From NCBI GenBank assembly GCA_965245025.1, contig CBDEYN010000001.1, positions 1-61,650 of the forward strand: a stretch of 61,650 nt of DNA, read 5' to 3'. This DNA is from an uncultured Candidatus Saccharibacteria bacterium (GTDB taxonomy: Bacteria > Patescibacteriota > Saccharimonadia > Saccharimonadales > Saccharimonadaceae). This document shows, piece after piece, positions 50,976 to 59,157 of this stretch. The translations under genes and the position numbers were made by a program. The notes beneath the pieces were generated by a model that saw nothing but the letters and a program-made list of their open reading frames with translations, had not been told where the DNA came from and made no database searches. Each line of letters opens with the position of its first letter. Position 1 is the stretch's first letter.

Positions 50976-51830
50976 CTATTTCATCTCTCTTATTTGAATT
51001 ACGATATCATTAACAAAAGCATAAAGCGTCCTAGACTCCTCATAATCAATATCATTATTCATGTCTATGAAAATCTTTTTTAACCCATCTTGATTTTCAA
51101 ATAAAATTTTACTATCCCTTAAAATCCGCCATTGAGAAGTGCAAGTATTATTTATATCTAAGTCAGAATAATATTCTTGACATTTTTCCTTCAGACTGAT
51201 TTCCTGGAGCTTCTTTTTTTGTGTAATTATTTCAGCTAAGGATTTAGATGCTGATTGATAATTTTGATTATCTACACTTGATAGATATTTACTTAGGATT
51301 TCTAAGTTTAAATCTTTGTATGCTTGATAGAAATCATCATAGACAGAAAGTGTATTATTATAGCTGTCGTATCTTTGGTTAAAATTTGATACAAAATTAA
51401 CATAATTTTTTTTAATACTTGCGTTACCACTAATACTACTTTTTTGAGAAAGTATAGCCTTAATGTTATTCAAATTTTTTCTAGACTCAATTATTTCTTT
51501 ATAATACTGATCACTAAATACCAAATCAAAAGATAATCCTCCGTTTTTTATGGTAATTAAGTAATTTTCCAGCCATTCGATATTATTCATATCTTCGGAT
51601 TCAGCAAACTGAATAAATTCCTGCTTACTCATAGTCTTAGGATTGACAAAAATTGCTTTTGCGATCAAACTAGTTAAAATCAGTGCAACCACTCCAATTA
51701 CACCAAAAATCACATACTTCTTCAGATTTTTGCCCTTAGGTTTGGCGGCGTAGGCATTTGGAATAATGATGTCGGAAAAATCACCACCTTGCGGAGCGGA
51801 AGTAAAAGAATTGTTTGTATTTTGGTCCAT
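50976..51830 (-). CDS. Hypothetical single-pass membrane protein, AT-rich, coupled to the VirB6-like gene
   Basis: TM YVIFGVIGVVALILTSLIA; the stop codon is 1 nt from the next ATG. Confidence 0.75.
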   Translation of the reverse strand: MDQNTNNSFTSAPQGGDFSDIIIPNAYAAKPKGKNLKKYVIFGVIGVVALILTSLIAKAIFVNPKTMSKQEFIQFAESEDMNNIEWLENYLITIKNGGLSFDLVFSDQYYKEIIESRKNLNNIKAILSQKSSISGNASIKKNYVNFVSNFNQRYDSYNNTLSVYDDFYQAYKDLNLEILSKYLSSVDNQNYQSASKSLAEIITQKKKLQEISLKEKCQEYYSDLDINNTCTSQWRILRDSKILFENQDGLKKIFIDMNNDIDYEESRTLYAFVNDIVIQIREMK

Positions 51831-51866
51831 TTGCTTAAATTATAACATAAGAGTTTTAAAAAGCCA

Positions 51867-51899
51867 CCAAAAAACTCCAGCCGAGACTGGAGTTTTTGG
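51867..51899. terminator. Intrinsic terminator
   Basis: CCAAAAAACTCCAG-ccgaga-CTGGAGTTTTTGG. Confidence 0.8.
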
Positions 51900-52068
51900 T
51901 TGGACTTCGCAGGTTGTTTCAATGATAATACATTTCTTAACTCAAGACGGTTTTATTATCATCACGCAGTTTCAACCATTTAGCCTGGCCCTCCTCGCTC
52001 GATATTAAGCGAGGAGAATTATTCAAGGCTTACTATTGACGTCCTAAGAAAATCTTCGGAGCGGTCAA

Positions 52069-53388
52069 TTAGCGAAGTTTTTTACGGCTAGAAAGATAAA
52101 GACCAGCAGTCGTAACGATAGAACCAAGACCAAAGGCCGAGCTAATTACGGTTTCAGGACCGGTTTTTGGCATTTCCTTTGGAAGTTCTTGTTTTGGTTT
52201 TTCTGGGTTTGGAGTAACTGGAGTTACTGGTTTTTCTGGGGTATTTTCACAGGTTTTCTTAACGTAAACATCTGCGCTACCTTGAACAGCGAAACCATTA
52301 GCCGAAGCCTTAGCCCAGTTGATCAAACGGTTGTTACCACAAATAAGATTTTCATCGACAACCTTAGCGGTGAAACGGACATAACCATCACCATTAATGT
52401 TGTAACCACCAATATTCAAACCACCATTAATAACGGTGTTAGAATCAGTAGTTAGACCATCTTTGTGTTTTGAGGTAAATAATTTAGTAGTACCATTAAC
52501 ATATTGCATGTTCTTTGGCAAAGAGTCGCTTACAACAACATCCTTAACAGCGGAAGCATTAAGGTTCTTGTAGTGAATCTGATATTCGACAGAATCGCCA
52601 ACCTTAGCGTCGACAGAAGTCTTCCAATCCTTGTCACCAAGCATACGAACCTTCTTAGTAATAGAAGTGCTTTCGAAAACTGGTTTAACCTTAATAGTGA
52701 CATAACCAGCATAGTTGTAACAACCAGGGAGGTTACCATCTAATTTGTCATAACCAACTTTCACACCACCGTTTACGATAGAGTCAGATAAGGTAGTACC
52801 ATTCTTAAAAATGTTATTTTCAAAGGTAGCAGAACCTTCAACATAGTCAAGGTAGAAAGCACGACCATCGGCGCTCTTAAGATTCAAAGAATCCCAGTAA
52901 CGAGATGGAGTTGCATTTGAGGCGTTAATGAAGCCAGAAATGCGGGCAGTCTTAGAAACGACAGTTGGTAAAGAAATTTCAGTGGTGACATCTTTAGCTA
53001 CAGCGTTAACACCCTTAGGGTTATTGTTGTGAACATAAAGACGAACTACGTAAGTTTTACCTTCTTCAACGTTGACATCACCGATGTTCCAAACGTTGTT
53101 TTTGCCATTGTTACCAGTAGCTTCATCACGAATACCTAAGAAACTACGTTCATCGTTTAATGGCATAATGACACCGGCTTCCTTTTCCTTAGCGGAGATA
53201 GAAGAACCGTCGTCCTTGATAGAGTTCATGACGATTTTGTCGCCAAGTTTACCAGCGTTAATGTCAGCGATAGTGTAAGTAGCGCGACCGCCAGCGTTAT
53301 CACCCCAACCAGATACAGTTGCAACAGTAGCAAGACCAGCAACAGTCACGGTAGCAGCGATGGATGCAAATTTGAATGCTTTTTTCAT
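52069..53388 (-). CDS. Secreted DUF11/pilin-like Ig-fold surface protein with an LPxTG-like C-terminal signal
   Basis: Signal peptide; SITKKV..AKVGDSVEYQIHYKN..DVVVSDSLP..YVNGT (DUF11-like); Pro-rich linker; MPKTG plus hydrophobic segment plus RKKLR. ATG 53388 has an AAGGAG SD. Confidence 0.78.
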   Translation of the reverse strand: MKKAFKFASIAATVTVAGLATVATVSGWGDNAGGRATYTIADINAGKLGDKIVMNSIKDDGSSISAKEKEAGVIMPLNDERSFLGIRDEATGNNGKNNVWNIGDVNVEEGKTYVVRLYVHNNNPKGVNAVAKDVTTEISLPTVVSKTARISGFINASNATPSRYWDSLNLKSADGRAFYLDYVEGSATFENNIFKNGTTLSDSIVNGGVKVGYDKLDGNLPGCYNYAGYVTIKVKPVFESTSITKKVRMLGDKDWKTSVDAKVGDSVEYQIHYKNLNASAVKDVVVSDSLPKNMQYVNGTTKLFTSKHKDGLTTDSNTVINGGLNIGGYNINGDGYVRFTAKVVDENLICGNNRLINWAKASANGFAVQGSADVYVKKTCENTPEKPVTPVTPNPEKPKQELPKEMPKTGPETVISSAFGLGSIVTTAGLYLSSRKKLR

Positions 53389-53495
53389 AAAAGCTCCTTT
53401 CAATTAAATTGTTCCTGTTATAAAATTTTGTTTTCGATTTGACTACACGAATCTAAATCTTTTTCTTCTAGCCAAATTGTTAATTTTCGTCTATG

Positions 53496-53592
53496 CCACT
53501 GAAATCGAATCGTCTCAAGAGTAAACACGAATTACCCGGCGGCCTGAGCCGCCAGGGTAATTAAGGTACAACATAGATGTAGATAAGTTGTA
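53496..53592 (+). repeat. Left arm of a two-part inverted repeat (box1-hairpin-box2)
   Basis: 53496-53525 matches the reverse complement of 56392-56421 at 25/30 positions. 53573-53592 ATAGATGTAGATaaGTTGTA matches the reverse complement of 56353-56370. Confidence 0.75.
53530..53562. terminator. Strong GC-rich hairpin downstream of the three-gene cassette
   Basis: AATTACCC-GGCGGC-ctga-GCCGCC-a-GGGTAATT. It has no clear U tract, so it could be a processing or stabilising hairpin instead. Confidence 0.5.
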
Positions 53593-53602
53593 CTGAAGTC
53601 CA

Positions 53603-54949
53603 TTACTGGACTTCGTCTAGGACGTCATTACCTTCGGCAATGTCGTCAACCTTAACTCCGTTTTTGTCTCTGTACTCAGCTGATTGCGGCTGAGTTTCTG
53701 TAGCGTAATCTTTTCGATTTTCATACGCTGCTTCAGATTCCTCGATACTTCTGCCCTGATCTCGAGTCGGATTTTCCGGTTTTACCTTTTCGGGCTTCTC
53801 ATGGCCGCCGTCCGTACGAACGGCTGGATCCGTAGCCTCAAAAGCGTCAGTGCCGACGGTAGCGTTACCACCACCGCTTCCAGCGCCGCCGTTGTTGACC
53901 AAATCCTGAGAAGGTTTCTTCTCTGGTTGACTCTCGTGGTGATTATTTTCACCACCGCCACCACCGCCGCCTCTACGGCGACGCTCAGTACTTCTCTCAG
54001 TCTCTGACTCCTCAGTAGAAGATTCAGTAGAAGACTCAGTAGAAGTCTGAGTTGAAGATTCCTTGGTACTAGACTCTGTTTGCTTTTGCTTCTTTTCGGT
54101 AATCTTCACCTTGATAAGCTCTGGACGCTTATCGTGTACGTTAATTCCAATCTTGAAGATCTCGGTGCCAGCTTTATTTACATAAGCTAGCACTAAGGCG
54201 TCACGAGTAAACTCGTAGTGCGCCTCGGTAAACGTCGTGAGTTTGGCGGAATCAGTATTCGCCAAACTCAGTGGATAATGGTGATTTGTAGTCACCAATT
54301 GTACTCCTTGGTTGATAAGCCGATCTCTAAGCCACAATGTAGCTACGCCGAGCTTGAGCTGTCTATCGTTGATATACAGCTTTCCGCCCTCCTCTCGGAG
54401 ATAGTTCTGACCACCAGTTCCGTCCTTCATGAATCTGTCATATTCAAGTTGTGCCTCATTTAACCAGGGGTTAATCTGAGGGAGAGTAGTTCCATCACTC
54501 AAGGTTATATTCGAGAATATTTTAATCCACGATTGAGTACATACATAATTTGTTAGAACTTCCTGGTTATCCTCTGTAATCATGATAGCTACTTCGTCTT
54601 CGCTATACTTTTCCCCGTCCTTAGTTCCGTGAGTCACGGAAAAAGGCGTAGACAAAGCGTCACTAAAGCCAGATCCTGCGACTCTTTCGGCTGCCTTATT
54701 CGGCATCGAATTGTCGCAAAATTCACGACTCAGTTCCGGATATGCTTTCGCGTATTCATAGGCGTCAAAGTCGAATGTTAATTCTGCTTTTTCGGCTTCA
54801 ACATCCTTAGCGGAAAGCGTTCCTGCCTCTGCATTAGCGTGATTTCTTTGACAAGATTTCACACCGGCTCCGATGGCTACTACCACAATTGCAAATACCA
54901 AAATCCCTGATAAAACCTTTTCGATTTTACCAAATCTAAACTTTTTCAT
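53603..54949 (-). CDS. Hypothetical exported/membrane-anchored protein with a Ser/Thr/Glu- and Gly-rich C-terminus
   Basis: N-terminal TM, ESST repeats and poly-Gly; GGAGG SD. Confidence 0.8.
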   Translation of the reverse strand: MKKFRFGKIEKVLSGILVFAIVVVAIGAGVKSCQRNHANAEAGTLSAKDVEAEKAELTFDFDAYEYAKAYPELSREFCDNSMPNKAAERVAGSGFSDALSTPFSVTHGTKDGEKYSEDEVAIMITEDNQEVLTNYVCTQSWIKIFSNITLSDGTTLPQINPWLNEAQLEYDRFMKDGTGGQNYLREEGGKLYINDRQLKLGVATLWLRDRLINQGVQLVTTNHHYPLSLANTDSAKLTTFTEAHYEFTRDALVLAYVNKAGTEIFKIGINVHDKRPELIKVKITEKKQKQTESSTKESSTQTSTESSTESSTEESETERSTERRRRGGGGGGGENNHHESQPEKKPSQDLVNNGGAGSGGGNATVGTDAFEATDPAVRTDGGHEKPEKVKPENPTRDQGRSIEESEAAYENRKDYATETQPQSAEYRDKNGVKVDDIAEGNDVLDEVQ

Positions 54950-55164
54950 TTTTTACCTCCTTTGGAGACTCCGTCCTCGATGTGGGAAATGCGGCGGAGT
55001 CTAGTCAAAAATGTAACTACAAATATGACAATCATCATGCAGCTTAGCATAATGCCGTCTGTGTCCAATCTGCCGATTTCAATCCAGAGCGAGATTATCC
55101 CGAAGATAAATCCCACAAGTCTCAAAACCAGACAGATATACTCCAATCCCATCTCCTCGTTCAT
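54946..55164 (-). CDS. Small 2-TM protein
   Basis: Two hydrophobic helices, GGAGG SD, and an ATGA overlap with the next gene. Confidence 0.7.
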   Translation of the reverse strand: MNEEMGLEYICLVLRLVGFIFGIISLWIEIGRLDTDGIMLSCMMIVIFVVTFLTRLRRISHIEDGVSKGGKK

Positions 55165-55176
55165 AGACGTCTCCTC

Positions 55177-56298
55177 CTAAGCGAAAACTCGGATTCCTAC
55201 ACATACCACGAAGATAATTGCGACAGCAAAGGCGGCTCTTACAAGATTATTCGCTGTGAATAAATCCGGGAAGATTGTATCATCCTCCCAATCATCACCA
55301 TAGTCAACAGGATCAAGGATTTCTTCCTCTTCTTCCGTCTCTTCTGGCTCCTTTTTAGAGTCTACTTTGGGGTCAGTGGGTTTTGGACCTTGACTTAAAG
55401 CTTTCTCTTTTTGAGTAGCAGCTTCCTGAACAGTAGCGGTTCGATAACTATTAATAAGTTCATCAATAGCTATGAATTGATCCTCTGGGCTAGAGTCACT
55501 ATTCAGCATATCCAGAATTTCCGACAACGTTTGCTGCTGGATTTCGTTCATGCTAGGGTTAGTGACTTTCTTGGGTTTATCCTCTGCGTCAGATTTCGGC
55601 GCAGAGGTGGTAGTCTGAGCTTCATCAGTCTGAGTGTTTTTCGGCGGATTTGATTCGGCCTTTTTATCCTCAGTCACTGACTTTTGCTCAGTGGTTCCAC
55701 TTTTGGTTCCTTGGACTACACTACGAAGTTTTTCATTGTCTTCCTGAAGCTTATTTCTTTCATTCTGCATGCGCTCAATTTGCTCACGCAGTTTAGCATT
55801 TTCAGCTTCAGCTTTACTTTTCTTTTTGGCTCTTAATTTAGGGCCGCCAAGATAAGTAAAAGTAACTACAACAATCGCAGCTAACCAGGAAAGGAAAGTT
55901 ACCATTGCAAAATCCATGATATTTAAAATATCATGTTCCATCTGATAGTAGCTAAGAAGCTGACACCAAACTAATGCAATTCCGGCAAATAGCGCCACAA
56001 TACAAACCAGTTTCACCTTACGGTAATTCAACTTCCGAAATTCCAGAAGGCTATACACCGCAATCGCTGCTAACTCGACTACAAAAATCACTGCAGTAAG
56101 TTGTGGTTGCAGTTTTGGAAACGCTAGGTTCCCGAAAATTGGTAGTGCCAGCAAGCCTAAACTTGCTAAACAACCCTTCAGGAGACCTTTTTCAATCGCC
56201 GAGAACTCTTGATTAGACTTGGTTTTTCGAGCACATATGGCATAAAGAATGGCATATGTAACGACAACAATCATAGCTGAAATTAGACAATAACTCAT
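55177..56298 (-). CDS. Hypothetical polytopic membrane protein with a coiled-coil
   Basis: About 5 N-terminal TMs, a coiled-coil, an acidic linker and a C-terminal TM; GAGGAGG SD. Confidence 0.8.
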   Translation of the reverse strand: MSYCLISAMIVVVTYAILYAICARKTKSNQEFSAIEKGLLKGCLASLGLLALPIFGNLAFPKLQPQLTAVIFVVELAAIAVYSLLEFRKLNYRKVKLVCIVALFAGIALVWCQLLSYYQMEHDILNIMDFAMVTFLSWLAAIVVVTFTYLGGPKLRAKKKSKAEAENAKLREQIERMQNERNKLQEDNEKLRSVVQGTKSGTTEQKSVTEDKKAESNPPKNTQTDEAQTTTSAPKSDAEDKPKKVTNPSMNEIQQQTLSEILDMLNSDSSPEDQFIAIDELINSYRTATVQEAATQKEKALSQGPKPTDPKVDSKKEPEETEEEEEILDPVDYGDDWEDDTIFPDLFTANNLVRAAFAVAIIFVVCVGIRVFA

Positions 56299-56352
56299 TT
56301 TGATTCCCTCCTCTGTTGCGCTCGATTTCTTCGAGGCAAAAAAAATGTTTCA

Positions 56353-56421
56353 TACAACATCTACATCTATAATAAACAGGCGTGAAATTATTTTACGCCT
56401 GAGATGATTCGATTTTAATGG
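56353..56421 (-). repeat. Right arm of the two-part inverted repeat
   Basis: Box2 at 56353-56370, hairpin AGGCGTGAAA-tta-TTTTACGCCT at 56378-56400, and box1 at 56392-56421. Confidence 0.75.
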
Positions 56422-56467
56422 ACGTCTTGGTAATTCAAGCGGTTAAGCCAGATTACAGACTGAGGTG

Positions 56468-56496
56468 ATTATACTATAAATGCTTGAAAATGTCAA
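56468..56496 (-). promoter_or_regulatory. Consensus sigma70 promoter
   Basis: TTGACA-17 nt-TATAAT on the minus strand, about 170 nt upstream of ATG 56298. Confidence 0.85.
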
Positions 56497-56729
56497 TGGT
56501 TATATCACAAGCATTAGCGTTTTAGACGTGTGAGTTTCAATAGTTAGAAAATAATCATAAGTGTTTTAGATTTTTTAAAGCAAGTACGGGAGATTTTCAC
56601 AGTAAACTACGGGGGGGTGCTGCGATTTTAGTTCACCAGTTAGTGTGAGTGGATTTGGTGAGAAGTGGCGATTTTTTGTAACAAACTAAGAGATTAAAAT
56701 TTGCTATAATGGAAGAAAATGGAGGCAAA

Positions 56730-57263
56730 ATGGGCGGCATAATCGGCAGTTACGGACAAAGTGATCTGATGCGGGGGAATTCCGGCAAGCAACAAGAGGC
56801 AGGTGACCTATACCAGAGGTCGCGCGGACAAAATGGAATGGAAGGCAGCTTCGATGTTCGTGGTGGCAGTTCGGAACCTAGCCAGAATGATGGTTTTGGC
56901 CGGGTGAATGACCAAGAGACTAATCATGGTTATGGTTATGTGAAAAACTCAGAAGAATTGAAGCGTGGTTATGGGGTAGTAAGTGAGAGCGAGAAAAACC
57001 GTGGATATGGCGTACTAAGTAGCGGTGGCGAAAGACGCGGATATGGCGTGACGCCAGGAGATGGATATAAGCGCGGATACGGAAGGCTGGGCGGAACTGG
57101 ATCTAGTGGTGGGGCATCTGGCGCGCGACGTGCACCAAGTGAAACTATGCAACGCGACAAGATGATGGGAATGGGTGGCAGACCTGCTGGTGGCGCTGGT
57201 TTTTCTGGTGGTAGTAAACCTTCCGGTGGGAATATTATGCCGGTGATTAAGCCTAGTTTCTGA
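56730..57263 (+). CDS. Gly-rich disordered protein with five (R/H)GYG repeats
   Basis: ATG 56730 has a GGAGG SD; the ORF-track ATG 56709 overlaps the TGCTATAAT box. Confidence 0.7.
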   Translation: MGGIIGSYGQSDLMRGNSGKQQEAGDLYQRSRGQNGMEGSFDVRGGSSEPSQNDGFGRVNDQETNHGYGYVKNSEELKRGYGVVSESEKNRGYGVLSSGGERRGYGVTPGDGYKRGYGRLGGTGSSGGASGARRAPSETMQRDKMMGMGGRPAGGAGFSGGSKPSGGNIMPVIKPSF

Positions 57264-57326
57264 TTAAACTAATACTCTTGATCAACTTTTCCGTATCTTG
57301 TACCACTAATTAAGGTGAGTTACGCT

Positions 57327-57355
57327 AAAAATGGCCAGAAGTCTGGCCATTTTTT
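57327..57355. terminator. Bidirectional terminator
   Basis: AAAAATGGCCAGA-ag-TCTGGCCATTTTT. Confidence 0.8.
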
Positions 57356-57356
57356 A

Positions 57357-58796
57357 TTATGGTTTTGCCTTATAGGTAAAATAACCCGGTGCGCCTGGGC
57401 GATCGATACGCAGATACTCGTAATTACTGTGACTAGATGAGTAGCAGGTACCGTTACCACCGCAAAGGCCTGTGCGATTACTAAAGACAGGTTCGTTAAT
57501 GAGCGTGCCGATGGCTGAGGTAGTAAAATCTTCGGAAACGTAGATGGTTTTAAGTTTATTTTCAATAGGAGCCGGATTTAAATAACTATATCTATTCTCA
57601 AACATATACGCAAAATCCATTACCTTTGAAGTATTAAAGCTACTTAAATCTAAGGTTTCAAGGTTCCTAACATCGTTAAACATCGACTGCATTCTAATTA
57701 CATTACTAGTATCGAAACTAGTTAAATTTAAACTTTTAAGCGATTTTGCACCAACAAACATTAGAGCCATTGATTTGACACTTTTAGTATTAAAGCTAGA
57801 GAGATCTAGTTCTTCTAGGCTTTCACAACTAGCAAACATTCGCGACATATTTGTTACTTTTGAAGTATTAAAACGTGATAAGTCTAGTTTTTTGAGTTTT
57901 CTATCTCCATTAAATAACTGAGTAAAATCCGTCGCGTGGCTAGTATCAATAGGAGACAGGTCAATATCTTCTAAATTGGTATAACTATCAAATAACATAC
58001 TAGAATTTACGGGTAGATAAATTTTTGGGGCTTCTGAGTGATAATAAATTGTTTTAGTAGAGTCGTCCCACCAAGCTAAAACAGGAGCCTCGGACACATC
58101 GTCATTATTAATCGTGGCGGTAGTGATATTTTTCGCTGGGGGCTGTGTACTATATTTTATATGTTCAATATTATAAGTTCTACCCCCAATAAGTCGTTCA
58201 AAGGCAGACATAAGCAAATAATCGTAGCCCAATTCCACGTAGTTATCGACAGGATTTGTGGTGATAGAAACGAGGAGTTTGTTTTGATAATTGCCGGTAC
58301 GGAGGCTGGAGTTTAGCTTCATGCCGACATGAAAAGTATTGGTTTCCTCGGTGTCGTTTATGGCGGTAGTGGTGGCGATAACCTTGGCATGACCGCGCGG
58401 CTGGATTGGTGAATAGAGTACCTCAGAATCTAAACGTATACCCCATTGATTAGCTGGAAGATCAGCTAGAGTGTAATTAGAACCAATGGAAGAAATTTTC
58501 GTGTCATTTAGAGGATTAGCGTCGGTAAGGGCGGTTTCTTCAGAGGTGGAAGAAACGGTGACGGTATAACCACTGCGATTATTAGTCTTGACTGAAACAT
58601 TTACTGGCGTGTCGGTGGTACCAGATGCACTCTCAATTACATCGGTACCATTAACCTGAATATTTGCACTGTCGACAGAGGCGGACAGGGTTGGCTTGAC
58701 AAGAGCATGAGTGTTTTGTTGGAAAGAAAGTGTGGCGCTCAAACTAGCAGCTATAGCTAGCAGAAAGAACCAAGGTGTGGAGATGTGGTTTTTCAT
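57357..58796 (-). CDS. BspA-family/DUF285 leucine-rich-repeat surface protein
   Basis: Signal peptide and about five 26-aa repeats LxxLDLSSFNTSKVxxMxxMF. Likely start is ATG 58796; the ORF track gives 58829. Confidence 0.88.
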   Translation of the reverse strand: MKNHISTPWFFLLAIAASLSATLSFQQNTHALVKPTLSASVDSANIQVNGTDVIESASGTTDTPVNVSVKTNNRSGYTVTVSSTSEETALTDANPLNDTKISSIGSNYTLADLPANQWGIRLDSEVLYSPIQPRGHAKVIATTTAINDTEETNTFHVGMKLNSSLRTGNYQNKLLVSITTNPVDNYVELGYDYLLMSAFERLIGGRTYNIEHIKYSTQPPAKNITTATINNDDVSEAPVLAWWDDSTKTIYYHSEAPKIYLPVNSSMLFDSYTNLEDIDLSPIDTSHATDFTQLFNGDRKLKKLDLSRFNTSKVTNMSRMFASCESLEELDLSSFNTKSVKSMALMFVGAKSLKSLNLTSFDTSNVIRMQSMFNDVRNLETLDLSSFNTSKVMDFAYMFENRYSYLNPAPIENKLKTIYVSEDFTTSAIGTLINEPVFSNRTGLCGGNGTCYSSSHSNYEYLRIDRPGAPGYFTYKAKP

Positions 58797-58923
58797 AATA
58801 TGCCTTTTTATTTGGATGCTTTTGCTCATTTTAACACAAGCGGAAAGAAAAGTGAATCTCTGATTGAAAAAAGAAACTGGGTTTGGTATAATCTAGGAAG
58901 CGTACAGCGCATTTTGAAAATTT

Positions 58924-59001
58924 GGTGGGTGTAGCTCAGTTGGTTAGAGCGTCTGATTGTGGTCCAGAAGGTCGTCGGTTCAATTCCGATCACCCACCCC
59001 A
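58924..59001 (+). tRNA. tRNA-His(GTG)
   Basis: Encoded G-1 opposite C73, GTG anticodon, GGTTCAATTCC and CCA. Confidence 0.95.
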
Positions 59002-59004
59002 TTA

Positions 59005-59079
59005 GCGAGTGTAGTACAGCGGTTAGTATACAAGTTTTCCAAACTTGGGATGAGAGTTCGATTCTCTCCACTCGCACCA
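59005..59079 (+). tRNA. tRNA-Gly(TCC)
   Basis: GCGAGTG/CACTCGC acceptor stem, CAAGT-TTTCCAA-ACTTG anticodon arm, GTTCGATTC and CCA. Confidence 0.95.
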
Positions 59080-59157
59080 AATTAAAAAATAAGAACGTTT
59101 ACGTTCTTTATTTTTTTAATTGCCTGTACGAGAATGAGGCTCTTAACCTCTTTTTCT

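Noticed and set aside
47252..51830. tRNA-integrated prophage or ICE
   Set aside because: There is no integrase, relaxase, VirB4 or phage gene and no att repeat. The AT-rich genes lie on the 5' side of the tRNA.
52030..56446. Weak direct similarity TT(G/A)ACCGCT...GACGTC(A/C)AT at ~52035-52068 and ~56418-56446 (minus strand)
   Set aside because: Two short blocks with unequal spacing could arise by chance. It is not supportable without an alignment statistic.
56611..56617. G7 tract as a phase-variation site
   Set aside because: It is short, intergenic and not within an identifiable promoter spacer.
56925..57083. 36-bp periodicity resembling a CRISPR array
   Set aside because: The repeat is conserved at the protein level with synonymous variation. 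There is no identical DNA repeat and no cas gene.
58952..58968. A-C mismatch at the base of the tRNA-His anticodon stem
   Set aside because: A single mismatch at 31-39 is tolerated and all other identity elements are intact, so it is not a pseudogene.
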